A DNA stretch of 44,113 bases from the NCBI GenBank assembly GCA_009692805.1, contig SHYM01000003.1, positions 1-44,113 of the forward strand. Direction: 5' to 3'. The translations under genes and the position numbers were made by a program. The notes under the pieces were generated by a model, which saw only the letters and a list, made by a program, of their open reading frames with translations, made no database searches and was not told where the DNA came from. Shown in pieces: positions 1 through 10,662 of the stretch. This stretch comes from Dehalococcoidia bacterium. GTDB lineage: Bacteria > Chloroflexota > Dehalococcoidia > SHYM01. Position 1 is the first letter of the stretch, and every line of letters starts with the position of its first letter.

Positions 1-66
1 ATGCGTCAGGGGCCGCAGCCGCGTCCCCTCGCCACCAGCCAGTATGAGCGCTTGCGTGATACTCAC
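1..66 (-). CDS. NDP-sugar pyrophosphorylase / nucleotidyltransferase family, 5' end only (runs off window)
   Basis: Hand translation from GTG at 66: MSITQALILAGGEGTRLRPLTH, the LAGGxGTRLRPLT signature of sugar-1-phosphate nucleotidyltransferases. Confidence 0.9.
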   Translation of the reverse strand, partial: MSITQALILAGGEGTRLRPLTH

Positions 67-77
67 AGCTGCCAAGT

Positions 78-1382
<1,305 letters not shown>

Positions 1383-1418
1383 TCATCGGCTGGCGTGGCG
1401 TGGTCTACAGGTGAGGGA

Positions 1419-1450
1419 TTGTAACAGATTCCGCCTGCCGGTTCAGGCGG
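1419..1450 (-). promoter_or_regulatory. Hairpin CCGCCTG-N6-CAGGCGG followed by extended -10 (TGtTACAAT), probable ahcY promoter
   Basis: 7-bp inverted repeat at 1431-1450; minus strand reads TGTTACAAT about 40 nt upstream of the ahcY ATG. Confidence 0.45.
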
Positions 1451-1455
1451 CTTCA

Positions 1456-3060
1456 TCAGGGGAGAGCCTGAGAGCCACCGGACATGCCGCCTCCGGCGCC
1501 CAGCGCCTGGAGCGCAGCCTCGACATTGTCCGCGATAGGGCGCGCCGTGTCCACCACCAGGTGGAGCGAGTCCGAGCGCACGGGGTCGAAGTCCTGTTCC
1601 TGTGCCGCCAGTATCTCCGGCCGGCCGTCGGATGGCACCGGCGCTCCCGCTACCCGACGCCGCAACCGCTCCAGCGCCAGTTCGCGCGGGCAGACCACCT
1701 CCAAGGCCCAGAACTGAGCCCCCAGCTCCTGGGCCAGGAGGCGGGGGCCCTCCCGCCAGGCCTGCTTGCGGTAGGAGGCGTCCAGCACCACGGAGCGCCC
1801 CGCCTCCAGGTGCTCCCGCGCCCGCTCCAGCAGGGCGTCGTAGGTACGCGCCGTCGCCTCCGGGGCGTAGAGCCCCTGGCCCCAGGGCTCGTAGCGGCGT
1901 TCGGCGGGGCCTAGCCCGGCCAGCTCCTTGCGGAGGGCGTCGGAGCTGATGACGGCCGCGTCCAGGCGTGCGCCCAGCGCCTCCGCAACGGTGGTCTTGC
2001 CTGTGCCCGCCAGACCCACGGTAATCAGCAGCCGCAGCGGCCGGTCGGGCCCGCGCGCGTAACGGTGGGCAGCGCGGAAGTAGGCCTGGGCCTGCCGGCG
2101 CAGCCCCTCGCGCTCGGCCTCCGCCAGGCCAGCGTCCGCCAGGCGGAACCCCGCTACCTTGCCCCGCACGTAGGCGCGGTAGCACTGATAGAAGGGCAGC
2201 AGCTCCTCCAGGGCGTCGTCCTTCGTCTGGACGACATAGCGCTGGACGAAGGCGCGGCCCAGGCCGGGGCGGCCCCGGACGTCCAGGTCCATGGCCAGGA
2301 AAGCCACCTCGGCGGCCACGTCGCCGAAGCGGAAGCGCTCGTTGAACTCGATGCAGTCGTAGATGTAAAGGCCATCCTCCACGCAGATGTTGCCGGCGTG
2401 AAGGTCGCCGTGGCAGTCCCGGATGCGGCCCTGGCTCACCCTGGAGGCGAAAAGCGGCGCCCGCTGGGCCAGGAACTGGCGCGTGTAGGCGACGATGGCC
2501 TCGTACTGCTCCATGGTGACGGTCTGGCCGATGAAGGGCGCGGTCTGCTGGAAGTTCTCCTCCGTGTTGACCCGGATGGTTTCCATCGACCCGCCGATCT
2601 CGTCCACCCGGCCGCCAGTCTCCGCCGCGGCATGGAAACCGGCGACCCTATCGGCGATGCGCTCCATAATCTCCACGCTGGCCTGCCCGCGTTCCACCAG
2701 AGCATCCAGCATGCGGTCTGCCGGCAGGCGCACCATCTTGACGGCGTAGTCCACAGTCTCGCCGCGCCCGCCGAGGGCGATGCTGCCGTTGGGTTTGCGG
2801 GTGAGCGGCACAACACCCAGGTACATCGTGGGCGAGAGGCGCCGGTTGAGGCGCACCTCCTCCTGACAAAAGAAGCGGCGGCGCTCCAGGCTGGTGAAGT
2901 CGGCGAAGCCCAGGTTGACGGGACGCTTCAGCTTGTAGACGTGGCGGTCGGTCAGGAAGACCCAGGAGAGGTGAGTCTGCACCAGCTCGACCCGGCTCGT
3001 GGGCTCCGGGTAGGCGCTGGGCTCCAGCAGGGCCACGGGCAGGGCGTTGCGATCACTCAT
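1456..3060 (-). CDS. Bifunctional aminoglycoside-phosphotransferase-like kinase / AAA_33 P-loop protein (Rv2004c-like)
   Basis: N-terminal QTHLSWVFL..YKLKRPV, HGDLHAGN, DCIEFNERFR; C-terminal P-loop GLAGTGKTT and SSDALRK. Start set at ATG 3060 (GTG 3075 possible). Confidence 0.9.
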   Translation of the reverse strand: MSDRNALPVALLEPSAYPEPTSRVELVQTHLSWVFLTDRHVYKLKRPVNLGFADFTSLERRRFFCQEEVRLNRRLSPTMYLGVVPLTRKPNGSIALGGRGETVDYAVKMVRLPADRMLDALVERGQASVEIMERIADRVAGFHAAAETGGRVDEIGGSMETIRVNTEENFQQTAPFIGQTVTMEQYEAIVAYTRQFLAQRAPLFASRVSQGRIRDCHGDLHAGNICVEDGLYIYDCIEFNERFRFGDVAAEVAFLAMDLDVRGRPGLGRAFVQRYVVQTKDDALEELLPFYQCYRAYVRGKVAGFRLADAGLAEAEREGLRRQAQAYFRAAHRYARGPDRPLRLLITVGLAGTGKTTVAEALGARLDAAVISSDALRKELAGLGPAERRYEPWGQGLYAPEATARTYDALLERAREHLEAGRSVVLDASYRKQAWREGPRLLAQELGAQFWALEVVCPRELALERLRRRVAGAPVPSDGRPEILAAQEQDFDPVRSDSLHLVVDTARPIADNVEAALQALGAGGGMSGGSQALP

Positions 3061-3098
3061 AACGCCGTCCGCCACCTACCTCGAAGGGGTCCCCCGGA

Positions 3099-3304
3099 GC
3101 CTTCCACAAAAACCGCACCCTGCCGGAACGGAGGGAGTGCAGAGTCCCGACGTGTCGGGACTCTGCCGGGGGCCAAAGGGGGGTCCCCCTTTCTCCCTCT
3201 TTTATGTTACCCCCTTCCTGGCCAGGAAGGGGGCCAGGGGGATGGTCGGTGGCATCCTTGGGGCAGAGCCGGATCGAAGACAACGAGAGCTTTTCGTGCA
3301 TGTC
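3099..3304 (+). mobile_element. MITE-like composite palindromic repeat, copy A
   Basis: Long near-identity to 14980-15202 and reverse-complement similarity to 6425-6606 and 11510-11720; degenerate TIRs GCCTTCCACAAAAA...TTTTCGTGCATGTC; internal hairpins. Confidence 0.8.
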
Positions 3305-3344
3305 GCTCTCCGGCAGAGGGTGCGAGGGTCCATCGCGCCGCATC

Positions 3345-4340
3345 CTAGCGCCGCTGGAGGGCGCCGTCCAGGAGCGCCTGGGCCCGGGCCTCGTCGGGGG
3401 AGAAGCTGATGTAGAGCTTGTTGCCCAGGTTGGCGACGTACAGCCTCTGGGATCCCAGGCTGCGCGTGAAGGCCGGACCGCTCGGAAGCGCTGCCTCTTG
3501 TAGTCCCAGGCCGCCGGCTGCGGAGCGCAGGACGGTCCCTACCACCGACGCCGGCAGCCGCGCCGGCGCTACCACAATCCCCGCCGCGTGGTCCCCCAGC
3601 TGCTCCAGGTCTCCCAAGGTCGCCAGGGGCAGCCCCTCGGGGGCGTAGACAGCCACGGCCGCGCGGCTAATGCGGGCGCTGCGTATCCCCACCGCTACAT
3701 CGGCCAGCTCCTGGTTCCCCGTACGCTGGGCCAGGTGCTCCAGCACCGCCTCGCTCAGGCGGGCATAGGCCACGACGTCGGGCGGCGCCGCCGTCTGGGC
3801 GGGAAGCCACTGGATGACCTCCATCGCCTGAGGGTTGCGGGACGCAAACGCGACCAGCCCGTCGCGCTCGATGGCCGCCGCCAGGCCCGCCGCGGCCGTC
3901 GAGTCGCCCTGGACGACAACCACCTGGCGCCCCAGGGCCAGGGCGCGGCTTGTTCTCACCCCGAGCTCAGCCGCCGCCAGGCGCGCCGTCTGCTCGGAGG
4001 GCAGTTCCACCGTCGCGCCCAGGACAAGCTCGCCTTCCCAGGGCGCCAGCCAGACGGAGAGCGAGCCAGCTGGCACTTCCGCCGAGAAGCCCAACTCTCG
4101 TGCGACCGCGCCGCCGGTGGGCCCAACGATGTAGACAAAGGCCTCCAGCTCCACGTCGGGCACCCTGGCCTCCGCCAGACCGGCTGGGAACGACGCCGGC
4201 TCGGCGGGCTGCCCGATGCCGCAGCCGGCGGCGACGATGCTGATTGCGAGCAGCAGGGGGATGAGTCCCGAGAAGGGCGCGAGCCCCCTTCTCGGGCGGG
4301 GGGCCTTGGGGGGTGTCCCCCCAGCCAGCGCTTTGCTCAC
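3345..4340 (-). CDS. Hypothetical lipoprotein
   Basis: GTG at 4340 overlaps the mtnP stop (GTGA). Hydrophobic stretch LIPLLLAISIVAAGC ends in a lipobox-like AAGC. Host-like codon usage. Confidence 0.75.
   Translation of the reverse strand: MSKALAGGTPPKAPRPRRGLAPFSGLIPLLLAISIVAAGCGIGQPAEPASFPAGLAEARVPDVELEAFVYIVGPTGGAVARELGFSAEVPAGSLSVWLAPWEGELVLGATVELPSEQTARLAAAELGVRTSRALALGRQVVVVQGDSTAAAGLAAAIERDGLVAFASRNPQAMEVIQWLPAQTAAPPDVVAYARLSEAVLEHLAQRTGNQELADVAVGIRSARISRAAVAVYAPEGLPLATLGDLEQLGDHAAGIVVAPARLPASVVGTVLRSAAGGLGLQEAALPSGPAFTRSLGSQRLYVANLGNKLYISFSPDEARAQALLDGALQRR
4263..4324. repeat. REP-like double hairpin inside the lipoprotein CDS
   Basis: GAGT + 11-bp stem CCCGAGAAGGG/CCCTTCTCGGG + CGGGGGG + GGGGGG-TGT-CCCCCC; same architecture as the MITE core. 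Confidence 0.65.
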
Positions 4341-5203
4341 GGCAAGTACTTGCCGATGAGGGGCGCCAGCCGGCGCTTCACGTCCACCGGGATGGCCGCG
4401 GGCGCGGTGATGATGGCATTTTTGAGGGCGCTGGCGCAGGGGCAGGTGCGCGACGCCGGCAGATGAGGGATGGCGCGACGCAGCACTTCCTGGGAGACGG
4501 CGACGTTGCTCAGCAGGTTCTGCACCACCAGCTCCACCGACACCGGCTCCTCGCTCTCGTGCCAGCAGTCGTAGTCCGTGGCGCAGGCCAGGGTGGCGTA
4601 GCACATCTCGGCCTCGCGGGCCAGCTTCGCCTCTGGCAGCGCCGTCATCCCGATGACGCTGGCGCCCCAGGAGCGGTATAGGTGCGACTCCGCCTTGGTG
4701 GAAAACTGGGGGCCCTCCATCACCACCATGGTGCCGCCCAGGTGGGAGCGGGCGCCCGACGCCTGGGCCCCTTGGTGCAGCAGCGAGCGCAGCTCGGCGC
4801 AGAAGGGCTCGGCGAAGGCCACGTGGGCCACGATGCCGCCCTCGAAGAAGGTGCTGGGGCGCCCGCGGGTGCGGTCGATGAGCTGGTCCGGCAGCACCAG
4901 ATGCAGGGGGCGGATGCGCTCCTGGAGCGAGCCCACGGCGCTGACGGAGATGAGCCGCTCCACGCCCAACAGCTTGAGGGCGAAGATGTTGGCCCGCGCC
5001 GGCAGCTCGCTGGGGCTGAGGCGGTGGCCGACGCCGTGGCGCGGCAGGAAGGCGACGGCGACGCCTTGCAACTCGCCCAGGACGATGGCGTCGCTGGGCG
5101 GGCCGTAGGGCGTGTGGGGCCTGACCTGGCGGACGTCCGTCAGCCCCTCCAGGTCATACAGCCCCGACCCACCTATTATGCCGATACGAGCAGTGTCAGG
5201 CAT
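4337..5203 (-). CDS. mtnP: S-methyl-5'-thioadenosine phosphorylase
   Basis: IGIIGGSGLY, FLPRHG, MEGPQFSTKAES, VIGMT..PEAKLAREAE, TDYDCW. Confidence 0.97.
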   Translation of the reverse strand: MPDTARIGIIGGSGLYDLEGLTDVRQVRPHTPYGPPSDAIVLGELQGVAVAFLPRHGVGHRLSPSELPARANIFALKLLGVERLISVSAVGSLQERIRPLHLVLPDQLIDRTRGRPSTFFEGGIVAHVAFAEPFCAELRSLLHQGAQASGARSHLGGTMVVMEGPQFSTKAESHLYRSWGASVIGMTALPEAKLAREAEMCYATLACATDYDCWHESEEPVSVELVVQNLLSNVAVSQEVLRRAIPHLPASRTCPCASALKNAIITAPAAIPVDVKRRLAPLIGKYLP

Positions 5204-5253
5204 GATGTTTCAAAGCACCTGCCATCCAACAACCCAGCCTTGCTGACAGCTTT

Positions 5254-6324
5254 CTACCTGCCATGATCCTCCCCCATCACCAGCTTCAGCCCCTCGGTAT
5301 ACGGCTCCCTCACGACGCCCTTCTCCGTGATTATCGCCGATACGTAGCGGTGGGGCGTGACGTCGAAGGCGGGGTTGGCGGCGCGCACGCCCTCGGGAGC
5401 GATGCGTGCCCCCTGGATGGCGGTCACCTCCTCCTCGCCACGCTCCTCGATGGGGATGCGGTCGCCGTCGGGCAAACTCAGGTCGATGGTGCTGGTGGGC
5501 GCGGCGACGTAGAAGGGCAGGCCGTTCTCCTTGGCCAACACTGCCACCTGGTACGTCCCGATCTTGTTGGCGACGTCGCCGTTGGCGGCGATGCGGTCGG
5601 CCCCCACCACCACGCAGTCCACCTGCCCCCGGCGCATCAGGTGGCCGGCGGCGGTGTCGCTGATGAGGGTGACAGGAATGTTGTCCTGCATGAGCTCCCA
5701 GGCGGTGAGGGCCGCGCCCTGGAGGCGCGGGCGCGTCTCGTCGGCCCAGACGGAGATACGCTTGCCCTGCTCGACGGCGGCGCGGATGACGCCCAGGGCG
5801 GTGCCGTAGCCGACGGTGGCCAGAGCGCCGGCGTTGCAGTGAGTCAGGACGCGGGCGCCGTCGGGCAGCAGGGCGGCCCCGTGGCGGCCCAGGGCGCGGT
5901 TGGCGGCAACGTCGGCCTCGGCCAGACGTTGCGCCTCCGCCAGGGCCGCCTGCGCGATGGAGGCGGCGTCTGCGCTCCCTTCCGCCCGGCGGGCGGCCTG
6001 CATGACCTTGTCCAGCGCCCAGGCCAGGTTCACTGCCGTGGGCCGTGTCGCGGCGAGCTCGTCCCGGATGGCTTGCAGTCTCGCCAGGAGCCCCTTGGGT
6101 GGGTGATCTCGCAGCGAGCTTGCCCCCAGGGCGAGGCCGAAGGCCGCCGCCACGCCGATGGCTGGGGCGCCGCGCACCTGCATCGTCTTGATGGCGTGGG
6201 CCACCTGCTGGGGCGTCGTGAGCTCCATATAGACGACGCGGTGCGGGAGCTGCGTCTGGTCCAGCAGCCGCAGGGCCCCTCCCGGGCCAATCGAAGCGTC
6301 CCACTCCAGGGTGCGGAAGCCCAT
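5254..6324 (-). CDS. mtnA: S-methyl-5-thioribose-1-phosphate isomerase
   Basis: [61 protein letters not shown]; ATG at 6324 with GGGAG RBS. Confidence 0.97.
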   Translation of the reverse strand: MGFRTLEWDASIGPGGALRLLDQTQLPHRVVYMELTTPQQVAHAIKTMQVRGAPAIGVAAAFGLALGASSLRDHPPKGLLARLQAIRDELAATRPTAVNLAWALDKVMQAARRAEGSADAASIAQAALAEAQRLAEADVAANRALGRHGAALLPDGARVLTHCNAGALATVGYGTALGVIRAAVEQGKRISVWADETRPRLQGAALTAWELMQDNIPVTLISDTAAGHLMRRGQVDCVVVGADRIAANGDVANKIGTYQVAVLAKENGLPFYVAAPTSTIDLSLPDGDRIPIEERGEEEVTAIQGARIAPEGVRAANPAFDVTPHRYVSAIITEKGVVREPYTEGLKLVMGEDHGR

Positions 6325-6330
6325 CCCGAC

Positions 6331-6352
6331 TCCCTTCGGCAAGCGCAGGCAC
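6331..6352 (-). repeat. CCTGAGC..GYCGAAGGG-type mini repeat (degenerate)
   Basis: Minus strand GTGCCTGCGCTTGCCGAAGGGA resembles the insert at 15102-15126 and the tandem copies at 6608-6636. Confidence 0.5.
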
Positions 6353-6424
6353 AACCTTGCGGCTGCATCCTAGCCGACGGCTGTTGGCAGCGTCAACGTT
6401 AGGGCCTTCTGAAGGCGTCACGTG

Positions 6425-6606
6425 GCTTTGCACAAAAGACCGCATTTTCTTCGATCTGGCTCTCCCTGAGGGTGCCCACGACCATCCCCCTGTCCCCCTT
6501 CCTGGCCAGGAAGGGGGACACCCCCTTCGACCCCCGGCAGAGGGAGGCCCCTCTGCACTCCCTCCCGCCGCAGGCGGGCCGGCAGGATGCCATTTTTTGT
6601 GCAAGC
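6425..6606 (-). mobile_element. MITE-like composite palindromic repeat, copy B
   Basis: TIRs GCTTTGCACAAAA...TTTTTTGTGCAAGC; internal CCCCTTCCTGGCCAGGAAGGGG, GGGGG-ACA-CCCCC, GCAGAGG/CCTCTGC and CCCGCCGCAGGCGGG hairpins. Confidence 0.85.
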
Positions 6607-6607
6607 T

Positions 6608-6636
6608 AGCGTAGCCGAAGGGAGCTGGTCGAAGGG
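6608..6636 (+). repeat. Two tandem AGC..GYCGAAGGG mini repeats
   Basis: AGCGTAGCCGAAGGG followed by AGCTGGTCGAAGGG, abutting copy B. Confidence 0.45.
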
Positions 6637-6660
6637 CGTGGGCAGCCACTCCCGTCCAGG

Positions 6661-6666
6661 TATAAT
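6661..6666 (+). promoter_or_regulatory. -10 box TATAAT for the acyl-CoA synthetase gene
   Basis: Perfect TATAAT 26 nt upstream of ATG 6693, GGAGG RBS between; no clear -35. Confidence 0.55.
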
Positions 6667-6692
6667 GGCGGCACTCAAGGGGGAGGTCGAGG

Positions 6693-8126
6693 ATGGCCCC
6701 GGGCGAGCATCCTTTGGAGTTCGTCTTCCGGCCGCGCTCCATCGCCGTGGCTGGGGCCTCGCCGCAGCGGGGCGGCTCCGGCAACGAGTACGTCCGCCAG
6801 CTCCAGCACTGCGGCTTCGCGGGGCCCATCTACCCGGTGCACCCCGCCGCGACGGCGGTGGAAGGGCTGCCCGCCTACCGCTCGGTGCTGGACGCGCCCG
6901 GCCCGGTGGACTACGTGATCTCGGCGGTGCCGGCGGCGGCGCTGCCGCAACTGGTGGACGAGTGCGGCCGCAAGGGCGTGCGCGTCCTCCACGCCTTCAC
7001 CGGGCGCTTTCGGGAGACCGGCAGCTCGGAGGCGGCCGCCCTGGAGCAGGAGGTGCTGCGCCGGGTACGCAGCGCGGGCCTGCGCCTCATCGGCCCCAAC
7101 TGCATGGGCCTGTACGTGCCCCAGCAGGGGATCGGCTTCAAGTACAACTTCCCCCAGGATCCGGGGCCCATCGCTTTCCTCAGCCAGAGCGGCGGGAACT
7201 GCGCCGAGCTGGTCTATCGGGGCAGCCTGCGGGGGCTGCGCTTCAGCAAGGTGATCAGCTACGGCAACGGCCTTGACCTGACGGAGAGCGACTTCCTGGA
7301 GTATCTGGCCGCCGACCCGGAGACCACCGTAGTGGGCGCCTACACCGAGGGAGTGCGGGATGGGCGGCGGTTCCTGGCCGCCGTGAAGGGCCTGGCCGCC
7401 AGCAAGCCCGTCGTTCTCCTCAAGGGCGGCCGCACCGGCGCCGGCGCCCGCTCCGTGGCGTCCCATACCGGCTCCCTAGCCGGGGCGACGGCGGTCTGGG
7501 ACGCCGCCTGTCGTCAGGCCGGCGCCGTCCAGGTCGCCGACCTGGAGGAGATGATCGACGTCTTGGTGGCTTTCCGCTTCCTCAAGCCCGTCCGGGGACT
7601 GGCGGTAGGCGTGGTGGGAGGCGGCGGCGGGCGCACCGTCCAGTCGGCCGACGACTGCGAGGCGGCGGGGCTCACCGTGGTGCCCCTGCCTTCGGAGGTC
7701 AGGGAGAGGCTGCGGCCCCTGGCGCCGGCCTTCGCCGACTGGATCGGCAACCCCCTCGACGTCTCGATCCTGGCGGGGGCCAACGTCCTGCCAGAGATGA
7801 TCAGGCTTATGGGCGCCCATCCCGCCTTCCATGCCCTTATCGCCAACGTGGGAGAGGACTGGTCCCTGGATACCCCCGAGAGCGCGGGCCGCATGCTGAC
7901 CGGCACCCTGAAGAGCTTCCTGGAGCTAGGCCCGCTGCAGCCCAAGCCCTTCGCGGTGGTCCTGGGGACCAGCGAGGGGCCCGAAGAGTGGCGCTGGCGC
8001 GCCATCGAGGAGGCGAAGCGCCGTTTCTGGGAGGCAGGGCTGCCGGTCTTCCCCACCATCGCACGCGCCGCGCGGGCGCTGGTCAACGCCCATGCCTACT
8101 ATCGCTGGCGAGAGAGTGTGAGCTAG
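6693..8126 (+). CDS. CoA-binding protein / NDP-forming acyl-CoA synthetase alpha-type subunit
   Basis: PRSIAVAGAS, RLIGPNCMG, SQSGG, SYGNGLD, KGGRTGAG..SHTGSLAG, NPLD. Confidence 0.92.
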   Translation: MAPGEHPLEFVFRPRSIAVAGASPQRGGSGNEYVRQLQHCGFAGPIYPVHPAATAVEGLPAYRSVLDAPGPVDYVISAVPAAALPQLVDECGRKGVRVLHAFTGRFRETGSSEAAALEQEVLRRVRSAGLRLIGPNCMGLYVPQQGIGFKYNFPQDPGPIAFLSQSGGNCAELVYRGSLRGLRFSKVISYGNGLDLTESDFLEYLAADPETTVVGAYTEGVRDGRRFLAAVKGLAASKPVVLLKGGRTGAGARSVASHTGSLAGATAVWDAACRQAGAVQVADLEEMIDVLVAFRFLKPVRGLAVGVVGGGGGRTVQSADDCEAAGLTVVPLPSEVRERLRPLAPAFADWIGNPLDVSILAGANVLPEMIRLMGAHPAFHALIANVGEDWSLDTPESAGRMLTGTLKSFLELGPLQPKPFAVVLGTSEGPEEWRWRAIEEAKRRFWEAGLPVFPTIARAARALVNAHAYYRWRESVS

Positions 8127-8136
8127 GGAGGGGCCT

Positions 8137-8385
8137 CTAGGGCGCGAACTGAGAGTGCTCCATCTTTTTCCAGGGCCGGCGTATCTTGCGTCCCGCCCGC
8201 CGGGGGTCCTCGATCATCTCCTTGCCCTTGAAGATCTCGTTGATCCACATGGTGCCGCCGGGGGGCCAGACCTGCTGGCTGATCTCGATGGCCTCCTGTT
8301 TGTTGCGCGCCCAGATAAAGTAGTGCTCGCAATCACCGCGATTACTCTTGCTGGCGAAGAAGACCTTGTCGCTGTCGTCAGGCAT
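8137..8385 (-). CDS. Hypothetical protein, 82 aa
   Basis: ATG start, protein-like composition, host codon bias, 12 nt after upstream gene. Confidence 0.75.
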   Translation of the reverse strand: MPDDSDKVFFASKSNRGDCEHYFIWARNKQEAIEISQQVWPPGGTMWINEIFKGKEMIEDPRRAGRKIRRPWKKMEHSQFAP

Positions 8386-8397
8386 CGTCAGGCCCCG

Positions 8398-8652
8398 CTA
8401 TCCTAACTCGTTGTCGTCGTCGGGCGGCAACTCCATCTCGCTCCACGCTGGACAGCCTTGCTCGCCGGGGACGGCGGGAAAGGCGCAGCGGTCCAGGTGC
8501 ATGCCTGGCAGCCAGCCCTCCAACTGCCCGTCCTCGACCTCGCAGGAGCAATCGAAATCGTCCCGCTCGGTGAGCGTTACCGCGTGATGGGCGCAGGTGG
8601 AGCAGCGCCCCGGCCGCGGGCGGAACCACTCGTGGAATTGCCGGTCCACCAT
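8398..8652 (-). CDS. Small Cys-rich (putative metal-binding) protein, 84 aa
   Basis: CSTCAHH, CSC, C, GCPAW; acidic tail; host codon bias. Confidence 0.75.
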   Translation of the reverse strand: MVDRQFHEWFRPRPGRCSTCAHHAVTLTERDDFDCSCEVEDGQLEGWLPGMHLDRCAFPAVPGEQGCPAWSEMELPPDDDNELG

Positions 8653-8775
8653 TTGTCTAACCTACACCATCGCCGTCGCTAATGGTAGGTGGCCGCCCAT
8701 GTCGCCTGTGGCCCTGCCCCCGCCCTGGGGCTGGTTTTCGCTTGCCGTGGCCGGGGCCACGGTCTCTCCTCGTCG

Positions 8776-9324
8776 CTAACGGAGCCGGGTGATGGCCACC
8801 GCCACGCCAATGATTAGGCCCAGGACGTCTGGGAGTTGGAAGCCCCTGAGCAGGGCTTGGGGCAGGTAGGCCAGCGCCATGCCCAGCGCCGCGGCCGCCT
8901 GGAGCGCTGGCCCCCGCTTGTAGCGGGCGGAGCGGGTGACCGCCTCGGCGATCAGGTAGCCCACCCCCGCGGCCAGCAGCAGGTCCAGGAACAGGATTAG
9001 TCGCAGCGCCCCGCCCAGAATAAGCCAGGCGAACCCCAGGGCAAGCCCCGCGCCCAAGGCAGCCCCCAGCCCCCGCAGGTACAGGATGGGCGACACCTGA
9101 TAGGTAGGGACGCGCTTGAGCCGAGCGCAGTCGCGGCAGCGGGCCCCCACAGGCGTTGGGATGGCGCAGCGGGGGCAGATGGGCTGCTCGCACTTGGAGC
9201 AGCGAAGCCCGGTCTCCACACGAGAGTGGCGCGGGCACGGCACCGACACCCCCGCTGGTGGGGCTGGCGGCAGCCCTATGTCCGCCGGCGGCAGCTCGGT
9301 ATCGGATGATCGGGTCGCTGCCAC
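8776..9324 (-). CDS. B-box-type zinc-finger membrane protein
   Basis: CPRH..ETGLRCSKCEQPICPRC..TPVGARCRDC followed by about 4 hydrophobic segments. Confidence 0.85.
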   Translation of the reverse strand: MAATRSSDTELPPADIGLPPAPPAGVSVPCPRHSRVETGLRCSKCEQPICPRCAIPTPVGARCRDCARLKRVPTYQVSPILYLRGLGAALGAGLALGFAWLILGGALRLILFLDLLLAAGVGYLIAEAVTRSARYKRGPALQAAAALGMALAYLPQALLRGFQLPDVLGLIIGVAVAITRLR

Positions 9325-9346
9325 GGCTGGCGTCTTCTCTCCAGTC

Positions 9347-9796
9347 CTAGCTCTTGATCGCTTCTGGATCCGCCAGGGCGAAGGTCAGCTCCCCTTGGGC
9401 GACTACCGTATCGCCTACCCTGGCCACACCGGTCCCTTTGCCGACGGGCCCTCGGATCCTGTCCACGGTGACCTCTAGCCGCAGGGTGTCCCCCGGGACC
9501 ACGGGCCGGCGAAAGCGGAAGTTATCAATGCCGGCGAAGAGCCCCAGCTTCCCTCGGTTCTCCGGCAGGCTCAACAGCGCGACGGCTCCCACCTGGGCCA
9601 GGGCCTCCACGATGAGCACCCCGGGCATGATGGGATTGCCCGGGAAATGGCCTTGGAAAAAATAGTCGTTGGCGGTAACGTTCTTGATACCGACGGCGCG
9701 CACGCCCGCCTCGAGCTCGACGATCCGGTCAATCATGAGGAAGGGCCAGCGGTGGGGGATAATCTCCTGGATCTCCTTGGCGCCCAGCACCGTCAT
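9347..9796 (-). CDS. fabZ: 3-hydroxyacyl-ACP dehydratase
   Basis: [45 protein letters not shown]. Confidence 0.98.
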   Translation of the reverse strand: MTVLGAKEIQEIIPHRWPFLMIDRIVELEAGVRAVGIKNVTANDYFFQGHFPGNPIMPGVLIVEALAQVGAVALLSLPENRGKLGLFAGIDNFRFRRPVVPGDTLRLEVTVDRIRGPVGKGTGVARVGDTVVAQGELTFALADPEAIKS

Positions 9797-10644
9797 GGCT
9801 CCACCACGTTGGCGCCGCGGTCCTTGGCTAGGGCGAGGAGCCGCTCCGCTGCTTCCTGGGGCACATCCGCGCCGCCAGGCAAGACCTCGGCGTCCCGCCT
9901 GAGGCCGTGGTAGTCGCTCCCTCCCAGGGGGAGCAGGCCGTGGCGCTGCGCCAGGCCCAGCAGCCGTGCCCGGACCTCGGGGCCATATCTCTTGTAGTAG
10001 ACCTCCATGCCCGCCAGACCCGCCGCCACCAGCTCGGGGAGCAGTGCCTCCGTCAGGCCGGGGACCTCGTCGGGGTGGGCGAGGACGGGGATTCCGCGCA
10101 CGCTCAGCACCAGGCGCACGGCCTCCTGGGGGCTCAGCCTAGCTCGCTCCACGTAGGCCTTCCCGCCGAAGGCGATGTAGCGGTCGAAGGCCTCCTGTAT
10201 GCTGCCCACGTGGCCCACCTCCACCATGGCCTGGGCCACGTGGGGACGCCCCACCGACCCGCCATTGCTCAGCTCCAGCACCCGCTGCCAGGAGATGGGG
10301 AGGCCGAGGCCGGCCAGCTTGTCCACCATCCGGCGGCCCCGGTCCAGCCGGCCCGCGCGCAGCCCCGACAGGGTCTGCTGGAAGGCCGGTGCCTGGTAGT
10401 GGAGGCAGTAGCCCAGGATGTGCACCTCGCCACCAGGCACCTCGGTGTTCAGCTCGACGCCGGGGATCAGGCGCAGGCCGGGATGGCGTTTGCTGGCCGC
10501 AAAGCCTTCCGCCAGCCCTTCCGTGGAGTCGTGGTCGGTGATCGCCATCGTCCGCACACCCTGGCTAGCCGCCAGCTCCACCAGCTTGGTGGCGGAGAGG
10601 GTCCCGTCGGAGGCGGTGGTATGCAGGTGAAGGTCTACGTGCAT
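9793..10644 (-). CDS. PHP-domain phosphoesterase (TrpH/YciV-like)
   Basis: [40 protein letters not shown]. Confidence 0.93.
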   Translation of the reverse strand: MHVDLHLHTTASDGTLSATKLVELAASQGVRTMAITDHDSTEGLAEGFAASKRHPGLRLIPGVELNTEVPGGEVHILGYCLHYQAPAFQQTLSGLRAGRLDRGRRMVDKLAGLGLPISWQRVLELSNGGSVGRPHVAQAMVEVGHVGSIQEAFDRYIAFGGKAYVERARLSPQEAVRLVLSVRGIPVLAHPDEVPGLTEALLPELVAAGLAGMEVYYKRYGPEVRARLLGLAQRHGLLPLGGSDYHGLRRDAEVLPGGADVPQEAAERLLALAKDRGANVVEP

Positions 10645-10662
10645 TCGGTGCTGCTCGCTGCC

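Noticed and set aside
3047-3409. ORFs crossing the MITE copies (3053..3343-, 6399..6593-, 11500..11916+, 14902..15216+)
   Set aside because: Shared peptides such as PFLARKG just reflect the repeated DNA; no consistent start, RBS or frame across copies.
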